DNA of 50,510 bases from a bacterium (GTDB taxonomy: Bacteria; Patescibacteriota; Patescibacteriia; UBA1558; GWA2-36-10): assembly GCA_018653315.1 (NCBI GenBank), contig JABIAL010000035.1, positions 1 through 50,510 of the forward strand. The letters run 5' to 3'. The notes beneath the pieces are model-generated. The model made no database searches. It was not told the origin of the DNA and saw only the letters and a list, made by a program, of their open reading frames with translations. Within the stretch, counting starts at the first letter, position 1; the number at the start of each line of letters is the position of its first letter. A program made the translations under genes and the position numbers. Positions 18,923-28,615 of the stretch are shown here, piece by piece.

Positions 18923-21898
18923 CTACCAATCTTTCAACCTAAATGTTAAATCATCTAATACTCTATCATACCAATATCTGACTGGTATGGTAACAATGTT
19001 TTGCCATTGAAAACCCAAAGATAAAAACGTATCTGCGTTTGGAATCCAGTATTCTATATTATCTTTAATATAGAATATTTGAGGATACTCTCCGTGTTTC
19101 AATATTTGACCTGTTGGATGAATATCTGAGGAGCTCAAATCATCACCTAAATCATAATATTGAAAATCTTCTTGGGGAAGATGTATTATTTTATTAAAAT
19201 CATAACCAAAGTCTTTGAAGATATTACCACTCTTTATCCATCTTAATGTTTTTGAGGGTTCTATTGCATAAACTTTATTGTTGTTAGCAAATTTGACTAG
19301 CCTACCTGGCTTGACTGTCAATCTACCTTCATAAGGATAATCGTTATTTAAAATTATTGAATCCACTACTTGTAATGAAGAGAAATCATTAAACCATGAT
19401 TTAAATGTTTTAAAGTTAGGGATATAATATCTTTGATTATTTTCATTTATATAATATACTCTAGGATCATTTAGTGCTTTTATGAGAGAATTTTGTATTC
19501 TAGTTATATCTACAATACTATTAGGCGTTGATGTAGCCTGATTTTCTTCTGTTTGACAAAGATAAGAACATCCATCACCACTGACAGTATTGCCATCATC
19601 ACATTGTTCACCTGATTCTATGATCGAGTTACCACAGACTGGGCCTGTTGGTGGTGGGCTTACTGGTTCTTCTTCCTCAGTCTGACAAGTGGATGAACAT
19701 CCATCACCACTGACAGTATTGCCATCATCACATTGTTCACCTGATTCTATGATGGAGTTACCACAGATAGGATCTTCTGGTGGTGGAGGGTTTACTGGAT
19801 CATCTTCTTCTGTTTGACAAAGATAAGAACAACCATCGCCACTGAAAGTATTACCATCATCGCATTGTTCACCTGATTCTATGATCGAGTTACCACATAC
19901 TGGATCTGTAGGAAACGGGTCTCCTTCATTAACAGTGCCATACAAATATTGTATTAATCTTTTTGAGTTTGCAGCATTTTCACGAGTTACAATGGACTCC
20001 TCATCAAGATCCTTGAATTCAGAAACAGTCCACGCCCCGTCTTCGTTTTGTTCATTGATTAGCTCAGCTATTGAATCAGATCTTGGAGACATTATTTGAG
20101 TTCCTAAATTATATATTCCATCAAATATATCCTGTTCTAGATATGTGCCATGTAATAATTCATACTCATATTCGTTTCCTGTGCGATGTTCATACATCTT
20201 TATTGCGTTTGTGCCCCACCAGGAAGCTGTTCCTGCTATTGAATTTGCATCATCTGGATTTTCAACTTCTGTTCCATCTGATGCTACAAACCAAGGAGAA
20301 TTATCTTCATGGTAAAAAAGTGCCCATGTATCTTCTCCGTATTCTCCAATGTCTAATTGAAAATCTACAATCCATTCATATCCTAGCGTTGCTGGTGCGA
20401 GATAACTTTCATCACCTGTGATTTTGTATGCTTTTGTTAAAATATCAATCGCGCGATGTGTAGCTATAAGACTTTTTGCAGGAACCTCAAAAGATCTGGC
20501 TTGTACAGGCTCCAAAGTTTCAGGATCATAGTTATTAAACCATGCTTCGCTATTATATATAGAACCTTTAGTGAACTTTGCAATTCTCATTGCTGCACGA
20601 TAATATGGATATCCTAAGTTATCATCAAAAGGATCCATATTTGGATCAAAATCTCCAGTAATAGTTTCGAAAACTTTATGCGCTTTTAATAGCGCATCAA
20701 AACTATACGTCATAATGCCATGATGATACGTGATTGTGTGCCTATAATAATCATCACTACGATATTCAAGAGATAAATAAGGATATTTTACTGGTACTCC
20801 ACCATTATCATACATTGATCTTAACAAATGGTTAAGCATTTTTTCATACCCTTCTAAATATCTTTCATCTCCAGTCATATAATACAGATTCAAAAGAATT
20901 TCTCCTGCAGTAGCTGACCTCCCTTTAGCAAAAGATGGCGATGTTATTAAGAATGGATCTATGTTTGCTTCTAAATATGGGTCATTATGAGAATTTCCTG
21001 AAGTACTTAAAGGATAAAACTGAGGATAAATACTTCCATCATTTAACCAATAACCTTTTGCAAATCCTCCTCTTCCTTCAGACCACCAATCACTATTATA
21101 AATTGTTTCATCCAATAAATCATTTGGATCTAAATCACTCCCATCAGCTTGGCCTGCTAGTAATAATTCACCATAACGAATTGCAGGAATTAATATTGAT
21201 CTATCCCCTGATAACAAATATGAAAACACAAAAACATTGCTAATGTGATTTGAATCAATGATCCCGATAAATCCTGGTTGTACAATATCAATCCAAAAAA
21301 AGTTATTTCCACTTTCAAGCCCATATGCAGTTGGCCAGCCAACATGAATATCATTTGCATCTCCTGAATCTGCAAGTTCTGCCATTTTTTGCATTGATTT
21401 TTTTAGTGCTATAAGTGATGCTTGTTTTAGTTCTACATTATCTCCTGATTTTAGTATATATCCTGTTGGCTCAATTAATCTTTCAAGTACAGCAAAGAAA
21501 AAATGAGATTCAAAATAATAACTTCCTATATCAATTCGTACCTTAATTTTTTCAATTCCGCGAAATTCAGCGTCTGCGAGAGAAAAACTTAATACGCCTG
21601 AATTTTCGCTAACAGCAATGTTTTCATTTCCTGAAATGATAATTAGTGCTTCAGAAATATCATATTCTTCACTAATATATTCTGCGAGATTAAGCGTTGA
21701 AAATTGTTCGCCATAAACATAAACAAAATCTGGAAATTTTTCATGTAGTACACTGTCTGGATCAATACTTGTAAGAGCTACTCCATACATAGGACCATAG
21801 CTAAACCAAATATTAAAAATAGACAAAACAAAAATGGCGAATATACTGACAATCATTCTATTCTTAAGTCTGTCTTCAATGAAATTAAAGTGTTTCAT
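18923..21898 (-). CDS. Large surface protein: Ig-like segment, divergent PL10 pectate-lyase-like domain, three Cys-rich repeats, C-terminal CPR surface repeats
   Basis: N-terminal TM; NGGVP..YP, YYRHTITY, W...YD..TLEP..ARSFE.P and WALFY resemble PL10 motifs; CGNSIIESGEQCDDGN x3; VYYI..RY.I....F repeats. Confidence 0.7.
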   Translation of the reverse strand: MKHFNFIEDRLKNRMIVSIFAIFVLSIFNIWFSYGPMYGVALTSIDPDSVLHEKFPDFVYVYGEQFSTLNLAEYISEEYDISEALIIISGNENIAVSENSGVLSFSLADAEFRGIEKIKVRIDIGSYYFESHFFFAVLERLIEPTGYILKSGDNVELKQASLIALKKSMQKMAELADSGDANDIHVGWPTAYGLESGNNFFWIDIVQPGFIGIIDSNHISNVFVFSYLLSGDRSILIPAIRYGELLLAGQADGSDLDPNDLLDETIYNSDWWSEGRGGFAKGYWLNDGSIYPQFYPLSTSGNSHNDPYLEANIDPFLITSPSFAKGRSATAGEILLNLYYMTGDERYLEGYEKMLNHLLRSMYDNGGVPVKYPYLSLEYRSDDYYRHTITYHHGIMTYSFDALLKAHKVFETITGDFDPNMDPFDDNLGYPYYRAAMRIAKFTKGSIYNSEAWFNNYDPETLEPVQARSFEVPAKSLIATHRAIDILTKAYKITGDESYLAPATLGYEWIVDFQLDIGEYGEDTWALFYHEDNSPWFVASDGTEVENPDDANSIAGTASWWGTNAIKMYEHRTGNEYEYELLHGTYLEQDIFDGIYNLGTQIMSPRSDSIAELINEQNEDGAWTVSEFKDLDEESIVTRENAANSKRLIQYLYGTVNEGDPFPTDPVCGNSIIESGEQCDDGNTFSGDGCSYLCQTEEDDPVNPPPPEDPICGNSIIESGEQCDDGNTVSGDGCSSTCQTEEEEPVSPPPTGPVCGNSIIESGEQCDDGNTVSGDGCSYLCQTEENQATSTPNSIVDITRIQNSLIKALNDPRVYYINENNQRYYIPNFKTFKSWFNDFSSLQVVDSIILNNDYPYEGRLTVKPGRLVKFANNNKVYAIEPSKTLRWIKSGNIFKDFGYDFNKIIHLPQEDFQYYDLGDDLSSSDIHPTGQILKHGEYPQIFYIKDNIEYWIPNADTFLSLGFQWQNIVTIPVRYWYDRVLDDLTFRLKDW
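19545..19897 (-). repeat. Three near-identical repeats of about 92 nt encoding Myxococcus-type Cys-rich (DUF4215-like) units with Pro-rich linkers
   Basis: Copies at about 19545-19636, 19674-19765 and 19805-19897. Confidence 0.92.
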
Positions 21899-21932
21899 AA
21901 TTACCTGTTTATTTTACCACTTTGTCTCTATT

Positions 21933-21958
21933 AAAAAAAGAGCCCTGTTGGGCTCTTT
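21933..21958 (-). terminator. Terminator after uvrD
   Basis: aaagagccc/gggctcttt hairpin overlapping the stop codon; A run on + gives the U tract on -. Confidence 0.8.
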
Positions 21959-24020
21959 ACCAATCTTCAACATCTGGTAAAAATGATCCTGACTTGGTAC
22001 TTCTTCTAGTTTGCGGTTTATCTTCATCCCAAAAATCACCAGTTGAATCATCCAAAGAATAACCAATATCTTCATCTTGATAAGTAGCAGATTTTGCTAA
22101 ATGATTAAAATTTAAAAACTTACTATCTAAGACCGACAAAAACTGACTAGGCTTCAAGCTCTGGTAACCATTATACTTAAACTCTGACAAAGGATAACTA
22201 AGATACAAATGACGTTTAGCTCGAGTAATAGCCACATAGAATAAACGCCTTTCCTCTTCCTGTTCTGCCTCAGATACAGCTAATGGATGTGGTAAAGATT
22301 TATCGGTTAAATTCATCACAAAAACACCAGTCCACTCCAAACCTTTGGCTTGATGAATAGTGCTTAGTATTACCCCTAACTTCTCTTGTTCAGTATTAGC
22401 ATCAGTTTGGACTTGAAAATTTTCCTGCAGACTAACCTCATTTAAAAATTCCGTCAGATCATGGTAACGAGAAGCAAAAATAGCGAACTGCTCTAAATCA
22501 TCTTGTCGTTGACGATAATCGGCATACTGTCGTGTTAAATGATCTTTATAATCCTCCAATAAAATTCTAATCAAATCTGCTGGACCAGCTTTTATCTCTG
22601 GGATAATCTTAGCAATAGTTTTAGAGGTTTGTTGCCAACCTTCCAAGGCTGCTCTGGATATTCTTAATTCTAATTTATCAAAATTTTTCAAGTCTTCTAA
22701 GCCAGCAATTTCTCTGTATATTTTTTGAACCGTAGCTGGGCCAATACCTGGATATAGTTTAAGAATTCTAGACCAAGAAACCTCATCTTTGTGATTAGCT
22801 ACAATTCTAAGCCAAGCAATAATATCTTTAATGTGAGCTCGTTCAAAAAACTTCAAACCACCGCGCATCTGATAAACAATTCCTCGTTTATTAAGTTCCA
22901 TTTCTAAATTTTGAGAATTATGTGCCGCCCTAAATAAAACTACGATCTCAGTTGGTTCCACGCCATCAGCTAACATTCCTTCTATCCGATCGGTAATCCA
23001 ATGAGCCTCATCTACACTACTATGATGAGCTACTAGTTCTGGTTTTATAAATTGTGGATTAATTGACTCTAAATTTTTCTCAAACTGATTAACATTATCG
23101 GCAATAACTATATTAGCTAAAGCAATGATTTCAGGCGTAGAACGATAATTAGTTTCCAGCTTATAAGTTTTAGTTTTAGTAAACACTTTTGGAAAATCCA
23201 AAATATTTTTGATGTCTGCTGCTCGAAAAGAATAAATACTTTGAGCATCATCTCCGACTACCAAGATATTTTCATGCTCCTTAGCTAGATTATATACAAA
23301 CTGAGCTTGCAAGGTATTTGTATCTTGATACTCATCTACTAAAATATATTCCCACTTCTTAGACAACATTTTACCAGCCTCTGGATGCTCAGATAATATT
23401 TTTCCGTATAGCAATAAATCATCAAAATCTAAATTATTACTAGCTTGTTTTCTTTTTTTGTACTCCGCAGCAATTTTTTCAAAAATTTCTAACAATGGCA
23501 ACCATTCAGGAAATTTTCTTTCTAAACTTTTTGCTAAAACAACATTAGAGTTAATAGCAAAGCTAATGGTCTCTCGTAAAATATTAACTGATGGTCGACG
23601 ACCTTGAGGTAATACAGATAAAAAACTTTTAGCGATGTCTTTCAGTAAACTCTTACTATCTTCAGCATCCAAAATAGTAAAATTTTTCTGTACTCCAAGG
23701 TAATGACCATAAATACGCAGCAGGCGATTATTTATACTATGAAAAGTACCACCCCAAACCGGCAATTTTTGATCCGGCTGCAAAGCTAAAATATTCCGCA
23801 CCCTTTCCTTCATTTCATTAGCAGCTTTATTAGTAAAAGTTAACAATAAAATTTTATCAGGCGACACACCTTGATCAATTAGCCAGGCCACCCGATAAAC
23901 TAAGGTGCGAGTTTTACCAGATCCGGCCCCTGCTAAAATCAAATGCGGCCCCTGCCCGGCAGTGACCACTTTGTGTTGCTCTTTATTTAATTCTTTTTCA
24001 AAATCAATCTTTCTCATCAT
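21957..24020 (-). CDS. UvrD/PcrA SF1 DNA helicase
   Basis: LAGAGSGKT, TFTNKAA, LVDEYQD, VGDDAQSIY.FR, NYRS, TIHQAKGLE, EERRLFYVAITRA. Confidence 0.95.
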   Translation of the reverse strand: MMRKIDFEKELNKEQHKVVTAGQGPHLILAGAGSGKTRTLVYRVAWLIDQGVSPDKILLLTFTNKAANEMKERVRNILALQPDQKLPVWGGTFHSINNRLLRIYGHYLGVQKNFTILDAEDSKSLLKDIAKSFLSVLPQGRRPSVNILRETISFAINSNVVLAKSLERKFPEWLPLLEIFEKIAAEYKKRKQASNNLDFDDLLLYGKILSEHPEAGKMLSKKWEYILVDEYQDTNTLQAQFVYNLAKEHENILVVGDDAQSIYSFRAADIKNILDFPKVFTKTKTYKLETNYRSTPEIIALANIVIADNVNQFEKNLESINPQFIKPELVAHHSSVDEAHWITDRIEGMLADGVEPTEIVVLFRAAHNSQNLEMELNKRGIVYQMRGGLKFFERAHIKDIIAWLRIVANHKDEVSWSRILKLYPGIGPATVQKIYREIAGLEDLKNFDKLELRISRAALEGWQQTSKTIAKIIPEIKAGPADLIRILLEDYKDHLTRQYADYRQRQDDLEQFAIFASRYHDLTEFLNEVSLQENFQVQTDANTEQEKLGVILSTIHQAKGLEWTGVFVMNLTDKSLPHPLAVSEAEQEEERRLFYVAITRAKRHLYLSYPLSEFKYNGYQSLKPSQFLSVLDSKFLNFNHLAKSATYQDEDIGYSLDDSTGDFWDEDKPQTRRSTKSGSFLPDVEDW

Positions 24021-24065
24021 TGTGCTATATCAATAGTACACGTATTATAGCGTAAACTTCTGGGC

Positions 24066-24122
24066 TTGGCTAATTTTGTAAAATTAAGCTAGAATAAAAG
24101 AAAGTTCATTGAATTCTGGAGG
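24066..24122 (+). promoter_or_regulatory. Promoter, boxA-like motif and SD of orphan gene
   Basis: TTGGCT-18-TAGAAT (24066-24095); GTTCATTGAA 24104-24113; GGAGG 24118-24122. Confidence 0.55.
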
Positions 24123-24127
24123 GAAAC

Positions 24128-24355
24128 ATGAAAAATCTCACTTGGTTATTCTACTGGCGCATGCTGCCTGGAAAAAAACTACTAATAGCAACCATCTTAA
24201 TAAATATTATAACCAAGCTTTTACCAGCGGATTCCTTTGACTGGATAATATTACAGTGCTTTCTTTTCTTGCCCCTCTGTTGGCTGATGATGATTATTAC
24301 AATTATCCATATTACTTGGAAATTATACCGCCGACGCAAGATCCCTCGTCTTTGA
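24128..24355 (+). CDS. Small orphan membrane protein (2 TM, basic tail)
   Basis: Own promoter, GGAGG SD and terminator; two hydrophobic segments. Confidence 0.65.
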   Translation: MKNLTWLFYWRMLPGKKLLIATILINIITKLLPADSFDWIILQCFLFLPLCWLMMIITIIHITWKLYRRRKIPRL

Positions 24356-24371
24356 CAAGGGATCTATTTTT
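24339..24371 (+). terminator. Terminator overlapping the orphan stop codon
   Basis: agatccctcgtc-ttt-gacaagggatct followed by attttt. Confidence 0.7.
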
Positions 24372-24401
24372 ATGCTTTAATTTGATAGTATTAAATAAAT
24401 T

Positions 24402-25463
24402 ATGTCATTTTCTTTAGGAATTGTCGGCTTGCCAAATGTTGGTAAATCAACCTTATTTCAAGCTTTGACTAAAAACAAAGTAGAGGCAGCAAATTATCCA
24501 TTTTGTACTATTGATCCAAATGTTGGCATAGTTGCTGTACCGGATGCTAGATTAGATAAACTAGCTAAGCTTTCTAATTCTCAAAAAATAATCCCTACTG
24601 TCATAGAATTCGTCGATATCGCTGGTCTAGTCAAAGGCGCATCTGAAGGCGAAGGCCTAGGTAATAAATTTTTATCCCACATTAGAGAAGTCGATGCTAT
24701 CGTCCAGGTTATTCGTTATTTTAAAAATGATGATGTTATCCATGTTAATGGTAAAATAGATCCTGAAGATGACAAACAAGTGATTGATCTAGAATTAATC
24801 TTAGCCGACCTAGAAACAGTCACCAAGCACCTGACTAAAACCATAAGTAAAATGAAAGGTGCTTATGAAAAAGAATTAAACAAAGAAAAAGCAGTGGCAG
24901 AAAAAGCAAAAAAATTATTAGAAGATAATAAATTGTTAAATATTGAAACTTGGACAGACGAAGAATTCAAAATTTTGAAAATGCTAAACCTGTTAACAAT
25001 AAAACCAATTATCTATCTTTATAATATTTCAGAAGATGACTTGGGCAAAGATTTAAAACTACCTGACAATATCATTGCTATTTGCGCTAAACTAGAATCA
25101 GAAATAGCCGAATTAAGTGAACAAGAAGCAAAGGATTACCTCAAAGAATTAGGCGTAGCTAAAAGTGGGTTAGATAATCTAATTACTGCTAGTTATAAAT
25201 TATTAAATTTGATCACTTTTTTAACTACTGGGCCAGAAGAAACTAAAGCTTGGACCATTACACGTGACACTAAGGCTCCTCAGGCTGCTGGCGTTATTCA
25301 TACCGATTTTGAACAAGGTTTTATCAGAGCCGAGGTTATTAATTGGCAAATCTTATTAGATGATGGCGGCTGGAATAAAGGAAAAGATCATGGTCATATG
25401 CGCATGGAAGGAAAAGAATACCTAATGCAAGATGGAGACACTGTGCATTTTCATTTCAATTAA
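24402..25463 (+). CDS. ychF: Ribosome-binding ATPase YchF
   Basis: [44 protein letters not shown] domain with IHTDFE.GFIRAEV. Confidence 0.98.
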   Translation: MSFSLGIVGLPNVGKSTLFQALTKNKVEAANYPFCTIDPNVGIVAVPDARLDKLAKLSNSQKIIPTVIEFVDIAGLVKGASEGEGLGNKFLSHIREVDAIVQVIRYFKNDDVIHVNGKIDPEDDKQVIDLELILADLETVTKHLTKTISKMKGAYEKELNKEKAVAEKAKKLLEDNKLLNIETWTDEEFKILKMLNLLTIKPIIYLYNISEDDLGKDLKLPDNIIAICAKLESEIAELSEQEAKDYLKELGVAKSGLDNLITASYKLLNLITFLTTGPEETKAWTITRDTKAPQAAGVIHTDFEQGFIRAEVINWQILLDDGGWNKGKDHGHMRMEGKEYLMQDGDTVHFHFN

Positions 25464-25490
25464 AAAATAAGCTAAAAAGCTTAATCTAAC

Positions 25491-25518
25491 TTGACAAATC
25501 ACTCAGATGTGCTATAAT
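25491..25518 (+). promoter_or_regulatory. Near-consensus sigma70 promoter with no downstream ORF
   Basis: TTGACA-16-TATAAT with TGn extension. Confidence 0.75.
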
Positions 25519-25524
25519 ACAGAT

Positions 25525-25708
25525 AGTAATGGTTCATTTAACTATTTTCTATAGCTAATAAGCACAACTAACAAGCACTACATTGTAAAAAAGTGCAAAA
25601 AATCATAATAAGTTGGCTATTAACAAAATAGAAAATAAAAGTACAATTAAAACTCCGAAACATGGAAGTTCGGACCTTGCTTAGGGCTTATGCGAGGTCC
25701 TTTTTTTA
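25525..25708 (+). ncRNA. Candidate small RNA of about 180 nt
   Basis: Bounded by promoter and terminator; tattttctat 25543-25552 pairs with atagaaaata 25628-25637; inner agctaat/gttggct and gcact/agtgc; only tiny ORFs. Confidence 0.5.
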
Positions 25709-25710
25709 TT
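25672..25710 (+). terminator. Rho-independent terminator
   Basis: ggaccttgc...gcgaggtcc followed by ttttttt. Confidence 0.8.
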
Positions 25711-25726
25711 CAATTTTTTTATAAAC

Positions 25727-26752
25727 TTACCTAATAAACATCGCATCACCAAAAGAAAAGAAGCGATATCTTTTTTCAACTGCCTGACTATAAGCTGTCA
25801 TGATATTTTCTCGGCCGGCTAAAGCTGAAACCATAAATAATAATGAACTTTTTGGTAAATGAAAATTAGTAATCAATTGATCAATAAATTTATATTTATA
25901 GCCAGGATAAATATAAATATTCACCCATTTATCTCCATGCTCTAAAATATTTTTTTCTGTCGCAAAAGATTCTAATGTTCTTGCAGCTGTTGTACCAACA
26001 GCAATAATGTTTTTTCTTTGCTGTTTTAATTTATTTAATTTTTCGGCTGTAGTTTTTGAGATACTAGCCCACTCACTATGAATCTGATGCTCTTCGATGT
26101 CATCTACCTCTACTGGAGCAAAAGTTCCTAGACCAACATGTAAAGTAACGGTCAAGATTTCTACACCTTTAGCTTTTATTTTCTCTAAAAGCTCTGGTGT
26201 AAAATGAAGACCAGCTGTAGGAGCAGCTACTGAACCTTTATTTTTTGCAAAGACTGTTTGATAGTCTTTTTTTATTTGCTCGCTGTCCTCTGTTTTGATA
26301 TATGGGGGCAGAGGAGTGCTACCAATTTCTTCTACGCATATCGAAAACTCTTCGTCAGCCAAATTAAATTTTACTTTTTTTGTTTTGCCGTTTATATTTT
26401 CTATAATCTGTCCTGACAAATCTTGTTCAAAATAAATTTTGTCATTTATTTTTAAACCCCGTCCACCAATCATACACTCCCAAGTGTGTTTATTAATTTT
26501 CTGAGTTAAAAAAACTTCGACTTGGCCACCAGTCTTTTTCTTGCCCTGTAATCTAGCTGGGAAAACTTTCGTTTCATTTAAAACTAAAACATCGTCTTTG
26601 TTTAAAAGCTCCGGTAAATTATAAAAATACTTATCTTCATTTTCTCCCGTATTTTTATCCAAAACTAAAAGCCGTGAGTGATCACGGGGTGAAGCTGGCT
26701 TCTGAGCAATAAGCTCTTTTGGTAAATTGTAATCAAACAAGTCTATTTTCAT
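25727..26752 (-). CDS. queA: S-adenosylmethionine:tRNA ribosyltransferase-isomerase
   Basis: FDYNLPKELIAQ, PLPPYI, YQTVFA, AAPTAGLHF, LHVGLGTF, VGTT, TNFHLPKS, YRFFSFGDAM. Confidence 0.98.
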   Translation of the reverse strand: MKIDLFDYNLPKELIAQKPASPRDHSRLLVLDKNTGENEDKYFYNLPELLNKDDVLVLNETKVFPARLQGKKKTGGQVEVFLTQKINKHTWECMIGGRGLKINDKIYFEQDLSGQIIENINGKTKKVKFNLADEEFSICVEEIGSTPLPPYIKTEDSEQIKKDYQTVFAKNKGSVAAPTAGLHFTPELLEKIKAKGVEILTVTLHVGLGTFAPVEVDDIEEHQIHSEWASISKTTAEKLNKLKQQRKNIIAVGTTAARTLESFATEKNILEHGDKWVNIYIYPGYKYKFIDQLITNFHLPKSSLLFMVSALAGRENIMTAYSQAVEKRYRFFSFGDAMFIR

Positions 26753-27306
26753 AATTTAGCTTTTAAATCTCTGTTTCTTTTAGAAAATAAACAACCACAA
26801 TAATCTTGACGATAAAATCCTTCTTCTTCGCTAAGTTTACAAGCTATTTTAAAACCTTCGTTTTTCTTCCAGTCTCGATCTAGAAAATCTATTTTAAATT
26901 TATCAGCTATTCTCTGACCAATTAAACTAATCTGCTTAGCGTTTTTGTGAGGACTGATAGTCAAAACCGTAGCAAAAGCATCATAACTCTCATCTTTAGC
27001 TTTACGGGCAGTTTCTCCTAAACGAATATCAAAACAAACATCACAACGCTTTCCTTTTTCTGGTTCTTTTTCTAAACCTCTAGTTTTTTGAATCCAATTA
27101 AAAGTATCATAAGGTCCTTCGATAAATTCCAGCTTTAATTTTTCAGCATAACCCTTCATCTCATCGCGTCTCTGAATGTATTCTGCTCGAGGATGAATAT
27201 TGGGATCATAAAAATAAACAGTTACTTGCCACTCGGACATTAACTGCTGTAAAACATATATTGAACATGGTGCACAACAAGAGTGCAATAACAATTTCTT
27301 TTTCAT
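26749..27306 (-). CDS. queH: Epoxyqueuosine reductase QueH
   Basis: LLLHSCCAPCS, FYDPNIHP, RC..C...RL, SPHK, YRQDYCGC. Confidence 0.93.
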   Translation of the reverse strand: MKKKLLLHSCCAPCSIYVLQQLMSEWQVTVYFYDPNIHPRAEYIQRRDEMKGYAEKLKLEFIEGPYDTFNWIQKTRGLEKEPEKGKRCDVCFDIRLGETARKAKDESYDAFATVLTISPHKNAKQISLIGQRIADKFKIDFLDRDWKKNEGFKIACKLSEEEGFYRQDYCGCLFSKRNRDLKAKL

Positions 27307-28610
27307 AAATCAGATAAAACCTTTATTGGCGCTAGATAAATATCAGTATAAGAAGTAGGAGCATTTAAAGGTATGATTCCTCTAGCATAAGCTATCATAA
27401 GTAAACCATTTAAAACAAGCCCTGTAAATACCAGTCCAATAATAACTATTTTTATATATTTCTTTTGATTTAGGTATTTAAATAAAAATGCAAACCCTAA
27501 AATAAAGACAAATAAAGAACCGGCCATGCGTCTAGCACCAAAAGATCCACCACCATACCAATCAGATAGGCCAGAATTTATATAAGTCTGCAAACACAAA
27601 GCTAGGATTAGTAAAATAACTAGATATTTGTATTTTTTCAATGCATAAAACAATCCAATAATGGCCAAAATCAACAATGGATGAATGATAAACATGCCAT
27701 GATAACTAGAAAAAAGAAACTGCCAGATATGCGGGTGAGTAAGATCAAAAAAAGATGCTCCTTGCGGTACAGCGATCCATGCTCCATAAAGGTGCTTCCA
27801 CATCAACAGCTGTGGCAAGGCAATAAGAAAAAAGAAACTGATAAAAATACTTGCTGATAATAAATATTTATGCCAATTTTTCAATAGCCATAATTTATAA
27901 ACTACAATGCCTATTGGTATCACGCCAAATAAAACATCTTGCCAACGAACTAAAAATACTAAACCCAGAGCTAAGGCTGAAAAAGTTAAATATTTATAAT
28001 TAATCTTTGGACTTTTGTATAACTTAATTGAATAATAAAAAAGTAATGCTAGTGAAAAAACTGTTAGCCCGTGCGACATGCTTGGCTCATAGATCAAATA
28101 AAAAGGAATCGGTGATATAGCAGTAGCAATCAAAGCGCCCCACCAAACATACTTTTTATCAACTAATTTTTTTAGAGTTTTAAATATTAAGGCAATGCCA
28201 AATAAAAAATAAAACCAGGTGCCTAAGGCAATTGCTATTTGAAATGGTAAATTATATCCTGAAATGGCATAAGGATCCTCAAAGTGCCAAATAGTACTAA
28301 TAAATTTTGCCAATAAAATAAACGGACTCCATAAAATAGCAGACCCAATGGCAAAAGGATTACCAGTTTTACCAGTATCTGTCTGCCAGCCTACTGTGGT
28401 GTTATGATTATATAATTCATCAAATAAAGAAAACTCATTGTGCAAATCAAAATTGCCATCAAAGATCAAAGACCTGGCATAACTATAATAACCAAAACCA
28501 TCTCCACCAATCTGCCATGACGGTCTTAAAATAGCCACTGATATAATCAGGGCTAAAATCAAAACTATTAATAAAGTGAATATGTTATATTGTGTCTTTA
28601 TCTTAAACAT
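27303..28610 (-). CDS. Multi-TM GT-C fold glycosyltransferase-like membrane protein
   Basis: GDG..YYSYARSL..DG.FD first external loop, about 11 TMs, W.GG.SFGARR. Confidence 0.7.
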   Translation of the reverse strand: MFKIKTQYNIFTLLIVLILALIISVAILRPSWQIGGDGFGYYSYARSLIFDGNFDLHNEFSLFDELYNHNTTVGWQTDTGKTGNPFAIGSAILWSPFILLAKFISTIWHFEDPYAISGYNLPFQIAIALGTWFYFLFGIALIFKTLKKLVDKKYVWWGALIATAISPIPFYLIYEPSMSHGLTVFSLALLFYYSIKLYKSPKINYKYLTFSALALGLVFLVRWQDVLFGVIPIGIVVYKLWLLKNWHKYLLSASIFISFFFLIALPQLLMWKHLYGAWIAVPQGASFFDLTHPHIWQFLFSSYHGMFIIHPLLILAIIGLFYALKKYKYLVILLILALCLQTYINSGLSDWYGGGSFGARRMAGSLFVFILGFAFLFKYLNQKKYIKIVIIGLVFTGLVLNGLLMIAYARGIIPLNAPTSYTDIYLAPIKVLSDL

Positions 28611-28615
28611 TCATC

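Noticed and set aside
19545-19897. Direct repeats as a CRISPR array or DGR template/variable pair
   Set aside because: They are in-frame protein repeats of about 92 nt; no cas or reverse transcriptase gene is present and the differences are not clearly adenine-specific.
27303-28610. GT-C gene as a queuosine glycosyltransferase
   Set aside because: GT-C enzymes act extracytoplasmically with lipid-linked donors; known Q glycosyltransferases are soluble nucleotide-sugar enzymes.
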